Origin: Harriotta raleighana
Taxonomy: Eukaryota
DNA length: 64,000 bases
Direction: 5' to 3'
Assembly: GCA_050575255.1 (NCBI GenBank)
Contig: JBNZDD010013717.1
Coordinates: forward strand, 4,954,965-5,018,964
In this document: positions 34,861-48,010 of the stretch, piece after piece
How the letters are laid out: each line of letters opens with the position of its first letter
Numbering within the stretch: the first letter of the stretch is position 1
Program-made: the position numbers and the translations under genes
Notes under the pieces: generated by a model
Databases searched by the model: none
The model's input: only the letters and a program-made list of their open reading frames with translations
Told to the model about the DNA's origin: nothing

Positions 34861-36479
34861 AAGTTGTCCTCTTTTCACACTTTGAGATCTTCAGGGGCTG
34901 AGCTGGCTCAGGTGATGGACCTGGATTTGGAATATCAGAATTCTTTTTATCCTTTGCGACATGGTCTCAGCAGTCAAGTTCCTGAGCCATATGGGTCTGC
35001 ATTACTCCATAAACTATTGCTAATACACTAACTAACTAGCCTGGTGCAGCTTCAATCCTTTGGGAGGGCAAGTGGGTAGGGATTCTTCATCTCTGGTTAA
35101 CCCTGAACGTGAGAGCTCACAGGTGAGGTGGGTCCTAGATGTTAGCTAGGAAGATGGTAACTAGGATTAGCAGGAAGTTTGCCACACAGTGGTTTAAATG
35201 TCCAGCTATGAGGTTTTAGCTGGTTAAACCACAAAACAATGCACATTCTTTGGTCCCAAACCTTAGTTCCTTCCAATCTACTGCATTTCAAATTAGACTG
35301 CTTTTGCAATGTCATGAATGGAAGTCAAAATTAATGTGTCTCATCCCAATAATCAATGAAGTGACCAAAAAATAGCATTACTCATCCCAGCTGTGATGGG
35401 TAGATTTAAGTGAGAGACAACATCTGGAAAGATGCAGCCATCTGTTTACGAAGCTAATGGCATAACTAATTTGTATTTTTAAAGAGACATCTAAAATGTA
35501 TTTGGAAACCTTTTATATGCCAGAGATATATGGTTCCACAGTTCTTAAGCAGACATGTTGTTTGATTGTAAAATTTTAAGTTATTTACACATTACATCTG
35601 CATGGGGAAGTGGAGGTCTGGTTCTGGGTGGGAGGGAAAAGGAGAAGGCTGGCACCCTTACGGTACTAAAGTGACAGTGTAACTCCCGATGGAAGAAGTT
35701 TTTGGGTTAGAGTGTAGGCTGTAGTATAATAATAATAAAAAGGATAATATTGTGGCACAATGGGCTATCATTCATGCGGTTAAAAATGTATGTATGCTCT
35801 TCATTATGCTCTCATTTCTTTGATTCACACTGCAGGTTGGAAAATAATTGTGACATTCGCACCAATTAGGCATTAGATAGAAAGTAATGCCTCTCTAATA
35901 CTCCCTGGAAAAGACTGTTGCTTGAGGCTGTTTACAATGACTACACTGGAGTGCATTTTTGTGCCATGTACAGTGAAATATCCTGGCTGTATTTGTCAGC
36001 ATTGCAACATTTGACAAATAGGATGGTTGCCTCCGTTAGTAGAATCATCATTTGCTGATATGATACTAAAACCCTACAGGAACACTGTCATCCTGCTGAG
36101 AGTCTGAGTTTTGCCAATCTGTTGGCAGCCCTTTTTCTCTTTGTCCTCGAGCAGAACAGACGCCTCATTAGAGATGTTTTATTTGATATATTTACTTTAG
36201 CAACTGGAATTTTAAATACAGTCAGTTTTTCCCGTAACGTTGCTCATGGGTTGACCATACAAAGTAATATCTACTGCATTTCATTTGGTCAATCATACCT
36301 TTCAACAAAAATGCAATTGAAATGTGAATAGTTCCCCGTAGTCTTTTAAACTGCCTTTAAATGTTGATGGAACTCGTCTTTCATTCTGAGGTCATTTAGA
36401 AAACAGCAGTCAATAAAACAGCCACATTCTCTGTTGATCATTTCATTTATAGCTAACCTTGTAAAGATAGATTGAAAGA

Positions 36480-36858
36480 GCTCTGTCTCAGTTGGTAGCA
36501 CATTGTCTCTGAGTCAGAAAGTTGTGGGTTGAACCCCAACATGGGAACTTATGTGATCGAGGAGAATGCTGTTCTTGAGATGTGCTGCATTGTCAGAGGT
36601 TCTGTCCTTCAGACAAAACATAAAATCAAGGTCCCGTTTGCCTGTCCAGGTGTCTATTAAAGGTCTCATTTTAGAATTCAAAAAGAGAATGAGGTTTCTC
36701 CCTTTCCCCCAAAATAAAATTGGTCACTCACTTAATGGCTGTTTGTAAGACATTGCTCTGCATAACAATTGTATCACTTTACAGTGTGAAGTACTTTGAG
36801 ATGTTTTGATGACGAGATATGCCTCTTTTTCAAATGGAAAGATGAATTATTATTATAA
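36480..36858 (+). mobile_element. Old Deu-SINE, near full length
   Basis: ctcagttggtagcac...ctctgagtcagaaagttgtgggtt head, core and tail. Confidence 0.72.
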
Positions 36859-36949
36859 CTTTCAATTGGGATTGTTGCTTACCCTTGAAACCAAAATACA
36901 TTTTGTATACTTATTAAAATCTGTGATATAAAATATTATTTTAAATGAC

Positions 36950-37370
36950 AACAAACAACTAATTGAATTCATAAAGCAAGAGGAAGTTCAAAGGCACTGG
37001 TCAGTGAAAGGTTTGCTACAGGTTGGAGTCAAGAGGAATGGAGGGCCAGGGGCAAGATGTTGGGAAGATGACCAAAGTAGTGGTCAATGGGGAAGGTCTC
37101 CAGTCGGGCCTTGAAGAATGCAAGGGGGGTAGCTAGGCAGAGGATACTCCAGGATAGAATTTCCAGAGCGGGTTCAGAAATACTACAGGTCCGATCTCCA
37201 CTTATCATAGTGATTTTCTTCCTTGAGTGAGAGTTAGGGTGAAGCAAATCCATGGGGGATGTTAAAGAGATTCCAAGGATTTTAAACTCAATCCCCAGGA
37301 GATGGAATGGGGAGCCAGTGAAGCCAGGCTAGGATGGGAATGATGGCGCACAGAGCTTAGTGCACGAGAT
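36950..37370 (-). mobile_element. Decayed L2 3' end
   Basis: Same purine-rich pattern as other L2 3' ends (gggagccagtgaagcc; FKARLET). Confidence 0.65.
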
Positions 37371-38244
37371 AACACGACAAGTATGCTTATAGAAGTGATA
37401 ATCATCGTAATTTCATACTCAAGTTCCAGTGCAGTGTGCAGTTCAAATCCTTCTGTAGGATGCAAAGGATTTTGTATTCTCTTGACAGCATTCAGTATTT
37501 GCAGGCAGACTCCTTGGGAGGGAATGAACCATATCAAAGCAATATACTGTAGCAGTATTATTTTCAGGTTCCTACCTAGAGTAAACCATTGGTCAATTTA
37601 GCCTATTCATCTAACTCAACTAACTTCATAAAAGATTTGTTTGATCTTCTTACAATAATTAAATGTTGTTGCTTCTGTGCTGCAGTTTTTATTTCATATT
37701 TCTGTGGCTGATGGAATTAACATTTGCAATGATGAGATCAGTCTGTTTATTTGGTAGTTTTGGGGAGTGCACTATGTCATCAAGTCTATTTTACACTCTT
37801 GTTCACTTTCTTCCCTCCTCACTGTTCTCCCCAAGAAATGCTTTGACTCCTATGCTTACTCCATAGCTGTCTGCAGGACATTGCTGTATACAAACTGGCT
37901 GCCGCATTTCACTCACAAAATATACAGTTAATCCACTTGATGGTATATTCAATGAAGCACTTTAGATGTCTGTATGAAGTAATAAATCGCTAAATCAAAT
38001 GCAAGAAAATATTATAATTATTCTCTTCTATCACCGTAGGTATGACCATGGGCTCTTCTTCCCTGACAATAAATCAAATGCCAATTTCCACATGTGAGCT
38101 ATAATAATAATAATAATCCTTAAATTTATACAGCGCTTTCCACATCTGATTGACGTCTCAAAGCGCTTCACAGAATACAACAACGTCCCAAAATAGGGAC
38201 CAGAGCAGGGTGGGAGGGGTCGGGGTAGGGAGAAAAAAAAGATG

Positions 38245-38540
38245 ATGAATGTCTGTAGGCTAGTTGCAATTGAAGGACATAGTAGCCAAACCAGATCTTG
38301 TCATCAGTCAGTGAATACATAGCCACTATTTATCTCTTGTAAACATTACTGAATAGCGAATAGGAAAGGAATCTTGGATGATATTGCCTCTGTACCAAAG
38401 GTACGGAGGGCAGTTACAACACACCAACCTTCAATCCATTTGAGATCAGCAAACTTTTAACTTACTGAGGATTGAACCTGGTCTATTTCTGATCTCTATG
38501 GCTCAGCTATATGCAGTGTACACTTACTGAGTCATCAGTG
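38245..38540 (-). mobile_element. Ancient tRNA-derived SINE (third family)
   Basis: ttgagatcagc...ggattgaacctgg...tatggctcag...ctgagtcatc is a reverse A/B-box head; similar to 40445-40800. Confidence 0.55.
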
Positions 38541-40444
38541 CAGTATCAGCAAATTTTTAAATAATTTCTTAGTTCAAAAGAATACTATTATGAGAAAACA
38601 CAAAATACCACAGATGGTGGAAATGAATTGACCATCTGAGTGCTGTCATTATGAGAACTTGTCTTGCAATGGGCATAAGGGCTTACATCATGCAGCATGT
38701 TTTAGAAATATAGTAGTTAGAAAATCCAGGATGTAGGTTTGCTTTCCTCAGCAGTTCTTCCCTGGTGGTATGGAGTTGACTGGGATATTTAGTGCATCAC
38801 AAACTACATTGAGTAATAACAAGTGTGCCACAAGTGGTCAAATGCAAGTTTGTTCACATTAAGAAACTTAAAGAGTTATTTAGCTGGCAAGAACTTCAGC
38901 AGAGTCTGGAGACCTTTTCCCAGAGTAGGAGAGTTGTAAAATCAGATCTTATATTAAAGATGTTACTATAATTGTTTTTATTTGCATGTCTCTTTGATTC
39001 GCAACTCTTTACAAAAACAGAATGGATGTAATGGTCCTTGAAGAGAAGTCTTTCCTGCATTCTGGATGATTTTATGAAAGTATTTAAAAACAAGGGTGAA
39101 ATGTTTTCTTACATAACATAAAAGTCTGTAGCCAATCCAGAATTCTTTTAACTGGAATACAAGGGTGTGTTTTACTCCAGAGATTTCAGTTAATGTCTGC
39201 CATGTGTTAATTTCTTGGTTGAATGCTTTATTTACCTTCTGTTACTCAAGGTTGCATGTGGAAGAAGAACAGTACTCTCTATAATTGCCAATATTCTAGT
39301 GACAAAGCTAAAGGACAGCATTGGGTTTCGATTGCTTCAGGGCACTAACGCCGTGTGAAAGCAATTCAGAAGTGTAATCTGTCACTAGGGAAAATAGGCA
39401 GCACTCTAAAATACCTGCTGTTAAATTGAACTAATTACAGATAAATGCAGTGAACCTTATGTATATTTTTTAAGACAAAGGTTTACTCAGTTCTTCAGAG
39501 AATATTAATGATGATACCTATGGTGTAGTTTTATCACAGTAAGTATCTATAAAAAGCAAAGAAAAACAAGATAATATGGCATCGTACTACTTCGTACATG
39601 ATAGCATATTGATTGAAGGATAACAAAGGATCTTTTTACAAAATGAGAATTTTTTGACATTCTCCTGTAGAATTCAACCAAGCTACTAAACATTCAAAAA
39701 GTTTCACTGGAAGAAAGTCATTTTGAAACTACCCAAGGGATTAAAAGGTCAAAATGTTCATTTTATTAAGAAAATACAAAGTTTCCATAGTTATGTTTCC
39801 TGACGTGATAGGCGTTCTATATATGTAATTTTGTTGTTGTTGTCATTATGTGCAACATTAGTCATTAATAATACCAAATGGCAAATGACATTTACGAATT
39901 AAAATTATTTCTTCTTAAAGCTAATTGCATTTCTGCACCAGCTCAATTAATTTTCAGTTATTGATTTGTGCTCATCCCAGCGAGAGACATCCATACAAGT
40001 GCTTTGAGACGTCTAGAAGACATGAAAAGCGCTATGTCAACTGCAGAGATTATTATCATTATAATTATAATCCTTGCATTATGCCAATTTTACGAGCTCA
40101 AGAGCTGATTCCCTGCATGAAGAAAGGTATTTAAATGCAAATTGTTGTTGTTTGTTGTATTTAGAACCTTTCATGGGAGGGCATGTCAAAGTGCTTCACA
40201 GCTTTTATTGTGATGTGGAGTGACTGTATTTGGAGGCGAACATAATGGCCGATTTGCACACAGCAGCGGCTATTTTATGGTCTTCCTTTGAGACTACCAA
40301 TTAATGCAGTAATAAATTACATGCAGTTCAGTAATTGTACCTGGGCTGAAACTATCCATATACAGTACATTTTACAAAAGAGTTGTACAGTTTAGCCTTT
40401 TTCCTTCAGAAAAATATTGACTCCTGTTCTGGTATCATTCTCAA

Positions 40445-40800
40445 TCACCAGCCATCCCGCAAGTGACTGTTCTTATTGTGTGAGTCAAGGCAGTGATTGT
40501 TGATAGACTGGTTCATTGTGGGCATCAACTGGTCTTGTCCACATCACACACGACATGCACGCTTTCCAGCAGATATCTGAGGTAGTAGTTAATATATATC
40601 TGGCTAACTGTTAATCCAGGGCATTGAAGCAAATTGCAATAATTTAACTGCTGACATGGTTTAGATTAGCTAACAACAAGCTACATTTGCATACTGTCAT
40701 TCACACAGAATAACATCGCAAAGTATTTCATAAATCAGGATTTAAACCTGTAATGATCTGGTTTGTATTACCCATTGTGTTTTACCTTCTGCACCAAATG
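40445..40800 (-). mobile_element. Ancient tRNA-derived SINE (third family), with short L2 tail inserted at ~40672-40730
   Basis: gtgactgttcttattgtgtgag...ttccagcag...gattagctaac...ggatttaaacctg. Confidence 0.55.
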
Positions 40801-42029
40801 AGCTCCAAGAACTTTATAATGATCTGAAAGTGGAGGCTTTTATCCCATCAATCAGGTTGGTTTAAGTCCCAGAAGTGAAAGGACCTTGTGCTACTGACTG
40901 TCTGCTTTAAGAAAAGGAAACATGGAAAATAACTGCAGAAAATTATGCATTGCTGCGTCTGGACAAGGCTTCAGAATTCATAACAATCAAATCCACAACT
41001 TGGTCTCCCCTTGGGGACAATGGACAACTTAATAATGATCCACATGAATGAGCATCCTGATGAGCAATGTGATGCTGAACACATTAGTCATAACCGGTAC
41101 ACTAGGATACCTCACCGTTTAAAAGGCCAGGAGAAGCATACAGAAGACCAAATGAATATATTATGAAATTATTAAGGAAGACTTGAAAGGAACAGTGTCT
41201 TTATGAAGATATGATGGACAAGCCTTCCTTTGATTGGGAAGCGGAAAAACCAGAAGAGCTCGCCATACATCATTTTTGTCACAATCATTTGAAGTCTAAG
41301 TGATGCAGTGATACACTTCAACATGATTGACATTATTGTGAAGACAAAAAAATTAAGGCAGTTGATTGTTTTTTCACTGTAGTGCCAGTCCGAGGTTAGA
41401 TGCCAGATGGCATATTTATTAAAACAGTGGGGAATGGTTTCAGATATTAAGTCATAACACTATCTGTATAATTATGTAGTATCTGTTTACTGGAAGTTAG
41501 ATTCATTCATATTCATTCATACAAGGGACAGCTTAGAAACAGGATATTTGTCCTATCCAGTTTGATTATTTGTACTTCACACAAAACAACAAATGGATGT
41601 TTAGAATCATTAATTATAATGTAAATTATAATTATATTTAAATTATTAAAACAATCAGCATTCAGAGGAATGCAAAGTGCAGTTGAAATACATGCCTTAA
41701 ATACAGATGTTTGAAAACCCTGTGTTACTGTTAATTTTCTTACAGAATTTTATGAAAATTAATAGATCAGAAGATGATGGCTTTGCAGGCCGTAGAAATA
41801 ATGTGGCGTAAATGAAAGCTCCTATTCCCAGCACATTATTCATTAAATATAATTTAAATCAGAAGTGTTACAACTAGGTCACTGTGTAACATATACCACT
41901 GGTACCTATCCAGTGCCCTCAGTGTATTAATCTACAGTATGCAGTTTCCCAAGTGCTTTGCTCCTGTTCACGTGGATGGCGGTTATTCTGGTATGCATCT
42001 TTTCTTTCTTGTCTGGATATTTTAATAGT

Positions 42030-42445
42030 CAAAATCCTTGATTTTGATATAGTGCCTTATCATGTCATAGCATCTTAAAGAGCTTCACTTTTTCAATAAA
42101 ATGTAAGTGAATATGGCAGCCAAATTGTACACAATTTCTCATGGCAGTCAATTGCACACAGCAGTTTCCCACAGACAATTGTGGATTGGGTCACCAATTT
42201 ATTATTATTATTTTTTTACGAGGGATGGAATATAAGCACTGGCAGGGATAGTCAGTTGAAAGGCATATTTCCATGCTATGGTCGAGAATTCAGTGTAATT
42301 CTCATCTGTTCTCTGATCGGTAGCATTCCCCAAGGATTGCATTGGAGTGTCAGCCTGGATTATGACTCAATGTCCTGATGCAGGGCTTAACCTAAAACCT
42401 CTTAACGCCTGAAGTTAGAGCACAACAAACTGAGCCAAGCTGTTG
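42030..42445 (-). mobile_element. Old Deu-SINE remnant
   Basis: Tail at the left; gcattggagtgtcagcctggattatg...aactgagccaagctg head at the right. Confidence 0.68.
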
Positions 42446-43045
42446 CAGACTTCAAACATCTTTATATAAATTGAATATTAATGATATTATTATAATTTTG
42501 TTTGGATCTGTGTTGAATATTGAAAGACACTTTCTCCAATCAGGCAAGACGGAGGAAATCAAAATTCCTGCAATTATATAAATTCATGTCTTGTAATAAT
42601 TGCCTTCCCCTAAACACAGTAGCTATTTTACCTTATTCGATACAGTCAGGTGACTCATAGATCCCACAAGTAGAATTCATAATTACTTTAATTTACTGCC
42701 TCAACAATATGAAAACTCTTAGTGTCTAACTTGTATATGACAAATTAATTTGTAATTGCTGCCAGATAATTACCAGAAAATCACAACAGGTTTGGAAGAA
42801 GAAAGCCATTTGGCCCTTTTGGCCCATTGCATCCTGGAAAGAATACCCATCGTACTATCTAGACATTCTTCAAGAGGTTAGATCAATTTAGTGTTATGGT
42901 ATCCTCCAACTTCCTGGTAACCCATTCTTGTTGATGATTACTCTTCAAGAAATATCTCTTAATGACTGTCCTAATTTTACATTCACAACCCTGAAACTGA
43001 ACCCTCCTGATGTCTTATTTTGATATATTTGAAAATTTACTTTCT

Positions 43046-45203
43046 TTAGCTCACTAAGCATCCCCCATCTTCCCCTCCCTCCCCTCCTTCCTCTATCGTC
43101 CTTTGGGATGATGCTGCCCTGCTGATCCCTCGCTCTCGATTACCAGCGTGCGCACTTTGGCTGCCACCCCAACCCAAGTCTTCCCAACAACCCGCTCTAT
43201 CTGCTACTCCCACCCTCTCCGTCTCTCCCATTTCCTCCCCTGCCTACCCTCCCTCAGCCCCCTTCTGCAACTCTCCCGCTCTGCCCTGCTCTCTCTCAGC
43301 GCATCCTGCCTCCTATCCCCATTTGAGCTCCCACAGCCTCCTTCTGCTCCAGCCTGGGAATCCTCCGCCGGGCTCACCATGGCACTTGGCATTGGCTATC
43401 CAGCAGCAGCCACACCGACTGCTCCATTCCACACCACTGCCGCAAGCCAAGCCACACAGATCCGGGGGGCTAACCTCTCCTCTCTCACCCCCATCCCCAC
43501 CACTCCTGCCACCCAACCCGGTCCCCCCTCCCACCCCACACATCCTTCCGCCAACTGCTCTCTCTGTATTGGCCTACAAAATACCCGCTCCCTCTGTAAC
43601 AAGACCCTGGCCATCAACGACCTCATCCTCGATGAAAACGTTGACATCATGGCCTTGACGGAAACCTAATCACCCCAGGGGACATCTTCGCCCTCACAGA
43701 AGCCACACCACCAGGCTAAACCTCTCACCACGTACCTCGCCCCAACCGACGTGGCAGTGGCGTGGCCCTCATCTCTATGGTGCCACTTGCCCTATCCCCC
43801 TTTTCCTCCAGCTCCTTTCTCTCCTTTGAACACCTCACTCTCTCCCACTCCTCTCATCTCTCCCTTAAAATCCTCCTCATCTACCGCCCTCCCATACCCT
43901 CCCCAACCTTCATCTCTGATCTCTCCACTCTCCTAGCCTCTCTTTGTGCCTCCTCTGATCTCATCATCATCCTCGGTGACTTTAACCTCAACTTCACCTC
44001 CTCCTGCTTCACCTCCTCAGAATTCTCCTCCCTCCTCTCGTCTCTCAACATCTCCCTCCGCATCCACTCTACCATCCATGTTCACGGCCACCCACTCAAC
44101 CTGGTGATCACCCGGGGCCTCAGCGTCTCGGATGTCACAATCTCCGACAAGGCCATCTCCGACCACCACTTCATTTTTTCAAGTCCCCTAACCCTCTCCC
44201 CTCCACCCCCAAACCTACCACCATCCTCTACTGCCCATGGAAGAAGATCCCCCCACAAACTCTCTCCGCTGCCTTGGAGTCCTCCGAACTCCTCTCCCTC
44301 TGGCCCACCTCCTGCACTAATTCATCCTCTGCACTCTCAACACCCTCTCCACCACAATCAACACTCTTGCCCCCCTCACTTCCTGAACTGCCTCCTACTC
44401 CCGAACCTCTCCTTGGTTCACCACCCACCTCCGTTCCCTGAAGGACCAGGTGCGGGCCGCTGAACGCACTGGCTCAAATCCGGCCTAATGGTCCACCGGC
44501 ATGTCTGGCTACATCTCACATCATTTTACTGCTCTACCCTATCCTCCGCCAAATTGTCCTTCTACTCCAAAATAATCCTGGAGGCGAAGGACAACCCCCT
44601 ACTTCTCTTCTCCACCACCAACCATCTCGCCTCAACCCCCATGCCGCTGAAACCCTCATTCATGCCTTTATCACTTCCAGGCTTGACTATGGGAACTCTC
44701 TCCTCATCAGCCTTCCCAACTCCTCCCTTCATAGGCTGCGGATCATTCAGAATTCTGCAGCCTGTGTATTCTCCCGCACCAGGCTTCGTGACTTCGTCAC
44801 TCCTACCCTCGCCCATCTCCACTGGCTCCCCATTCCCCAGAGGATCAAATTCAAGATCCTCATCCTCACTTTCAAGGTCATTCATGGCCTTGCCCCCGGT
44901 TATCTCTCTGACCCGTCTCCCTCCCAGCCTACCCGCACCCTCAATTCAGCTGACTCAGGCCTGCTCCGCATCTACTGCCCTAACCGCCCAACCAGCAATG
45001 GCCGGGCTTTCAACCTCCCTGCACCCACATTTTTGAACTCCATCCCGCCTTACTTCCTCCCTTTCCTCCTTCAAGGCCGGTCTCAAGACCAACCTCTTCG
45101 AATGCGCTTTCGGCTCCACCCCCTCTTGCAGATACTCTGTGAAGCGCTTTGAGACGTCGATTAGATGTGAAAAGCGCTAAATCAAATGCAAGGATTATTA
45201 TTA
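43046..45203 (+). mobile_element. L2 LINE with 5' region and APE endonuclease, RT deleted, 3' end retained
   Basis: LQNTRSLCNK..DIMALTET, LIYRPP, IILGDFN, ISDHH. Jumps near 44630 to the ETLIHAFITSRLDYGN region. Ends gtgaaaagcgctaaatcaaatgcaagga(tta)n. Confidence 0.92.
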
Positions 45204-45214
45204 TGTTACTTTTT

Positions 45215-45672
45215 CTGCGGCCCGTGTCTTTTACCGCTCTAAACTCTGTGATGCAATCTCCCCCATGCTTGCCCGACTCCATTGGCTCCCCATCATCCAG
45301 AGGATCCAATTCAAGATCCTGGTCCTCTCATTTAAAGCCCTCCTCGCTCCATCCTACATCCCCCGACCCACCCGCCTAACCACTGAAGGTGGGCAAGTTT
45401 TCAGCCACTCTGCCCTCAACCTCTGGAACTCCATCCCGAAGTCCCTCCGCTTTGCCCCTTCCCTGGCCTCCTTCAAGTCTCACCTCAAGGCTCTCCTCTT
45501 CAATGGACACATTGGCAACTCCTTATCCCTCCCTTCCCTTCACCCCCACCCCCACCCCCACAACCATCCCGTCCTCAGCTCGGGTCTGAAGCAGTAATTG
45601 TCCTGCACCTTGGGACATCCTCTTGACGTGAAAGGTGCTATGCAAATGTAATTTTGCTGCTGTTGTTGTTGT
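45215..45672 (+). mobile_element. L2 3' fragment with (TTG)n tail
   Basis: LARLHWLPIIQRIQFKILVL...LWNSIPKSLR..FKSHLK. Confidence 0.9.
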
Positions 45673-46619
45673 TAGCCCCCAACAATATATCTAGAAATTG
45701 AAAGTATTCAAGGTTATCAGGTATGTCCAAAGAATCTTTTTAAAGTGGCTACGTAAGTTAAATTAACCTAGACTCCTCCTTGAAACAGTTATGATGAGGG
45801 TGAAAAATGTGGTATGTTCAATCATATTCGCTCCTGCTGATTTTCCAGTTGATAATTGTATTTTTTTCACCTCTTGGTGTTTGTAGGGCATTGCTTTTTT
45901 TTGCAAATTTGTTGTCATGTTTGCCTACAAAGTACACAGTCACAGAAATTCTTGAAGTGCTTTGAGACATTTTTTCAACATGTGAGGCTTTATATTAAAA
46001 TTTTAGGATTATTATTATGAAAATGCCAGGTAAAGAACATTTGCTAAATTAGTTTCACTCAAAAGCCAATTGCTACACCTATCTTTTAAGCAGCAGAATG
46101 TTTGAACTGATGTAGTACAGATCTCACAATTTCCGTGCAGGTTTGAGAAATGCCAACCTAATTTTAATTATGATAATTATCACATCAAATCTGTTGTTGA
46201 ACGCTGCTTTTTCATCCCTATTTTTCAATGCATTTTTGAGATTTATGTTGTGGTAGCCAGAGCTGGACACAGTATTCCAGGTGAAAATTGTACAGTGTCA
46301 GCATGACTTCTGGGGTTTTTAATCCAATTGCGTTAATTGCATTCCAGCAATCTTGGATTGCTGGTTCACAAATATCCCAGCATCATCTTTGTGTTACTGT
46401 TTCACACCAGCTTGTCATTCTAATGCTCTTGGGTCTCATTTATCTTTTTCCTTAAGTCTATCCCATCGAAGGGCTGTGCCTCCTCTTTTTCTATGTGGTA
46501 TCTTGAAATAATCTGTATTATCAGCAACTCAATTAAATACAATTAGAGATCTTTGCAGGATCTAAGGCTGACTCCTCTGATCCACAGCTTCCACTTGCTT
46601 GGTGTGGCCTGCAATTTTA

Positions 46620-46960
46620 ATCAACAACAACAAAATTGCCCGAAAGCATCAAAGCATCAAAGGGGAAAGTCTTGAGATGGATCTTGTAGGAGCAAAGGGC
46701 TATGAAGAGGAAAGGAATGGAATTCACGATGGTGGGGGCAGAAAAGCTGTAGGCCCGACCGCCAGTGGTGGGATAGGCAGACTGGGAGACATGAGGCAGG
46801 CCAGTGCCTGCAAAGCCGAAGGAATGTAGAGGTCTCAGAGATAGGATGGAGCAATGGTATGGAGGACTTAAAAGTGAAGTGGAGAATTTAAACTTGATCC
46901 ACTGAGAGATGTAAAACCAAGCAAGGATGGGGTGGTCAGTTCATGGAGCTTGGTAAGGCA
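46620..46960 (-). mobile_element. L2 3' end, decayed
   Basis: (caa)n tail and reverse-strand L2 C-terminal pattern. Confidence 0.7.
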
Positions 46961-47255
46961 CAATCCACCTTAAGGATACAGGAGTATAGGAAAATGGGTA
47001 CAATAGAAGAACATTCAGCCAATCCACGCCTGTTCTATCAATTTATGAGTTCTTGGAATCTTTCAATGCCGATAATTTTGCCGTACACCTTAACATTTCT
47101 GCTACTCGGATATATGTGTATATATATACTCGGATATATTTACGACGGTTCTATTTACACTGTTTTGATTTAACGAACATCATTTTTTAACACCTTTTTA
47201 ACGATATAGAACATTTGGTTTTGTTTTAACGACAAAAGTTTGCGCATGCACAGGA

Positions 47256-47769
47256 CAGTAAAACCTTGCTTATCCGTGACTCGAATAATCGGAAAAGCCG
47301 TTCAACCGCCATCTCAAAAAAAAAGTCCCGATCCGACTAACCAGAATTTATCTGGCGACGTGTTGAATGTTGGGTCTAAACTTGTTCCAGATCCTTTAAA
47401 AAGTCAAGTTTTTTTACCTCGTTCAGATGTGCCCGTTGTTAGGAAGTTAACTACTGTATACATAATAAATACTGTCTGTCTGTGCGTGTGTGCTGGACGT
47501 TAGGTTTAAACTCATTGCTTTTTAAAGTCACGTTTTTTACCTCCCGTCAAATCAGTGCTGTGATTGCGCAGTTAAGTATAAATAATAATGTACTAATAGA
47601 ATATTATGTTATTATTTAGTCCATTATTAATATGGTATGTGTTAAAATAATGTTTAAAAAAATTGAAAAAATTATATTTGATAAATATAATTTTTTTAGA
47701 AATCAGTTCAACCAGAAAAAAACGTTTAACCGCCACTGGCCGTGGGTGCCGGATAACTGGGTTTTACTA
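47256..47769 (+). mobile_element. Tigger-like MITE, subfamily A, nested
   Basis: cagtaaaaccttgcttatcc ... ggataactgggttttacta|TA; homologous to 15867-16641. Confidence 0.85.
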
Positions 47770-47996
47770 TATATAGTGTATTTTGTGGTTAAATCGCAGT
47801 CATATACTGTATCCAAGCATTTGAACTGGCCAAAAGCATGNGGTGGGTGCCGGATAACTGGGTTTTACTATATATAGTGTATTTTGCGGTTAAATCGCAG
47901 TCATATACTGTATCCAAGCGTTTGAACTGGCCAAAAGCATGTTGCTGTGTCAGTGGTTCCCAACCATTTTTTGCTGCGACCCAAATTAGCCTCCCA

Positions 47997-48010
47997 CCAC
48001 TAGAGGGCGA
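47997..48010 (+). promoter_or_regulatory. Candidate CTCF-binding motif
   Basis: CCACTAGAGGGCGA fits the CCASYAGRKGGC core. Confidence 0.4.

Noticed and set aside
40578-40590. let-7-like sequence TGAGGTAGTAGTT
   Set aside because: Only the first 13 nt match, there is no complementary 3' arm, and it lies within a SINE remnant.
43046-45597. Pro/Ser-rich and Gly/Glu-rich ORFs as host proteins
   Set aside because: They are alternate or antisense frames of C-rich L2 sequence.
47951-47990. hAT-type TIR cagtggttcccaacc
   Set aside because: No matching right TIR or 8-bp TSD was found, and it overlaps the diverged extension of the internal inverted repeat. It is left uncalled.
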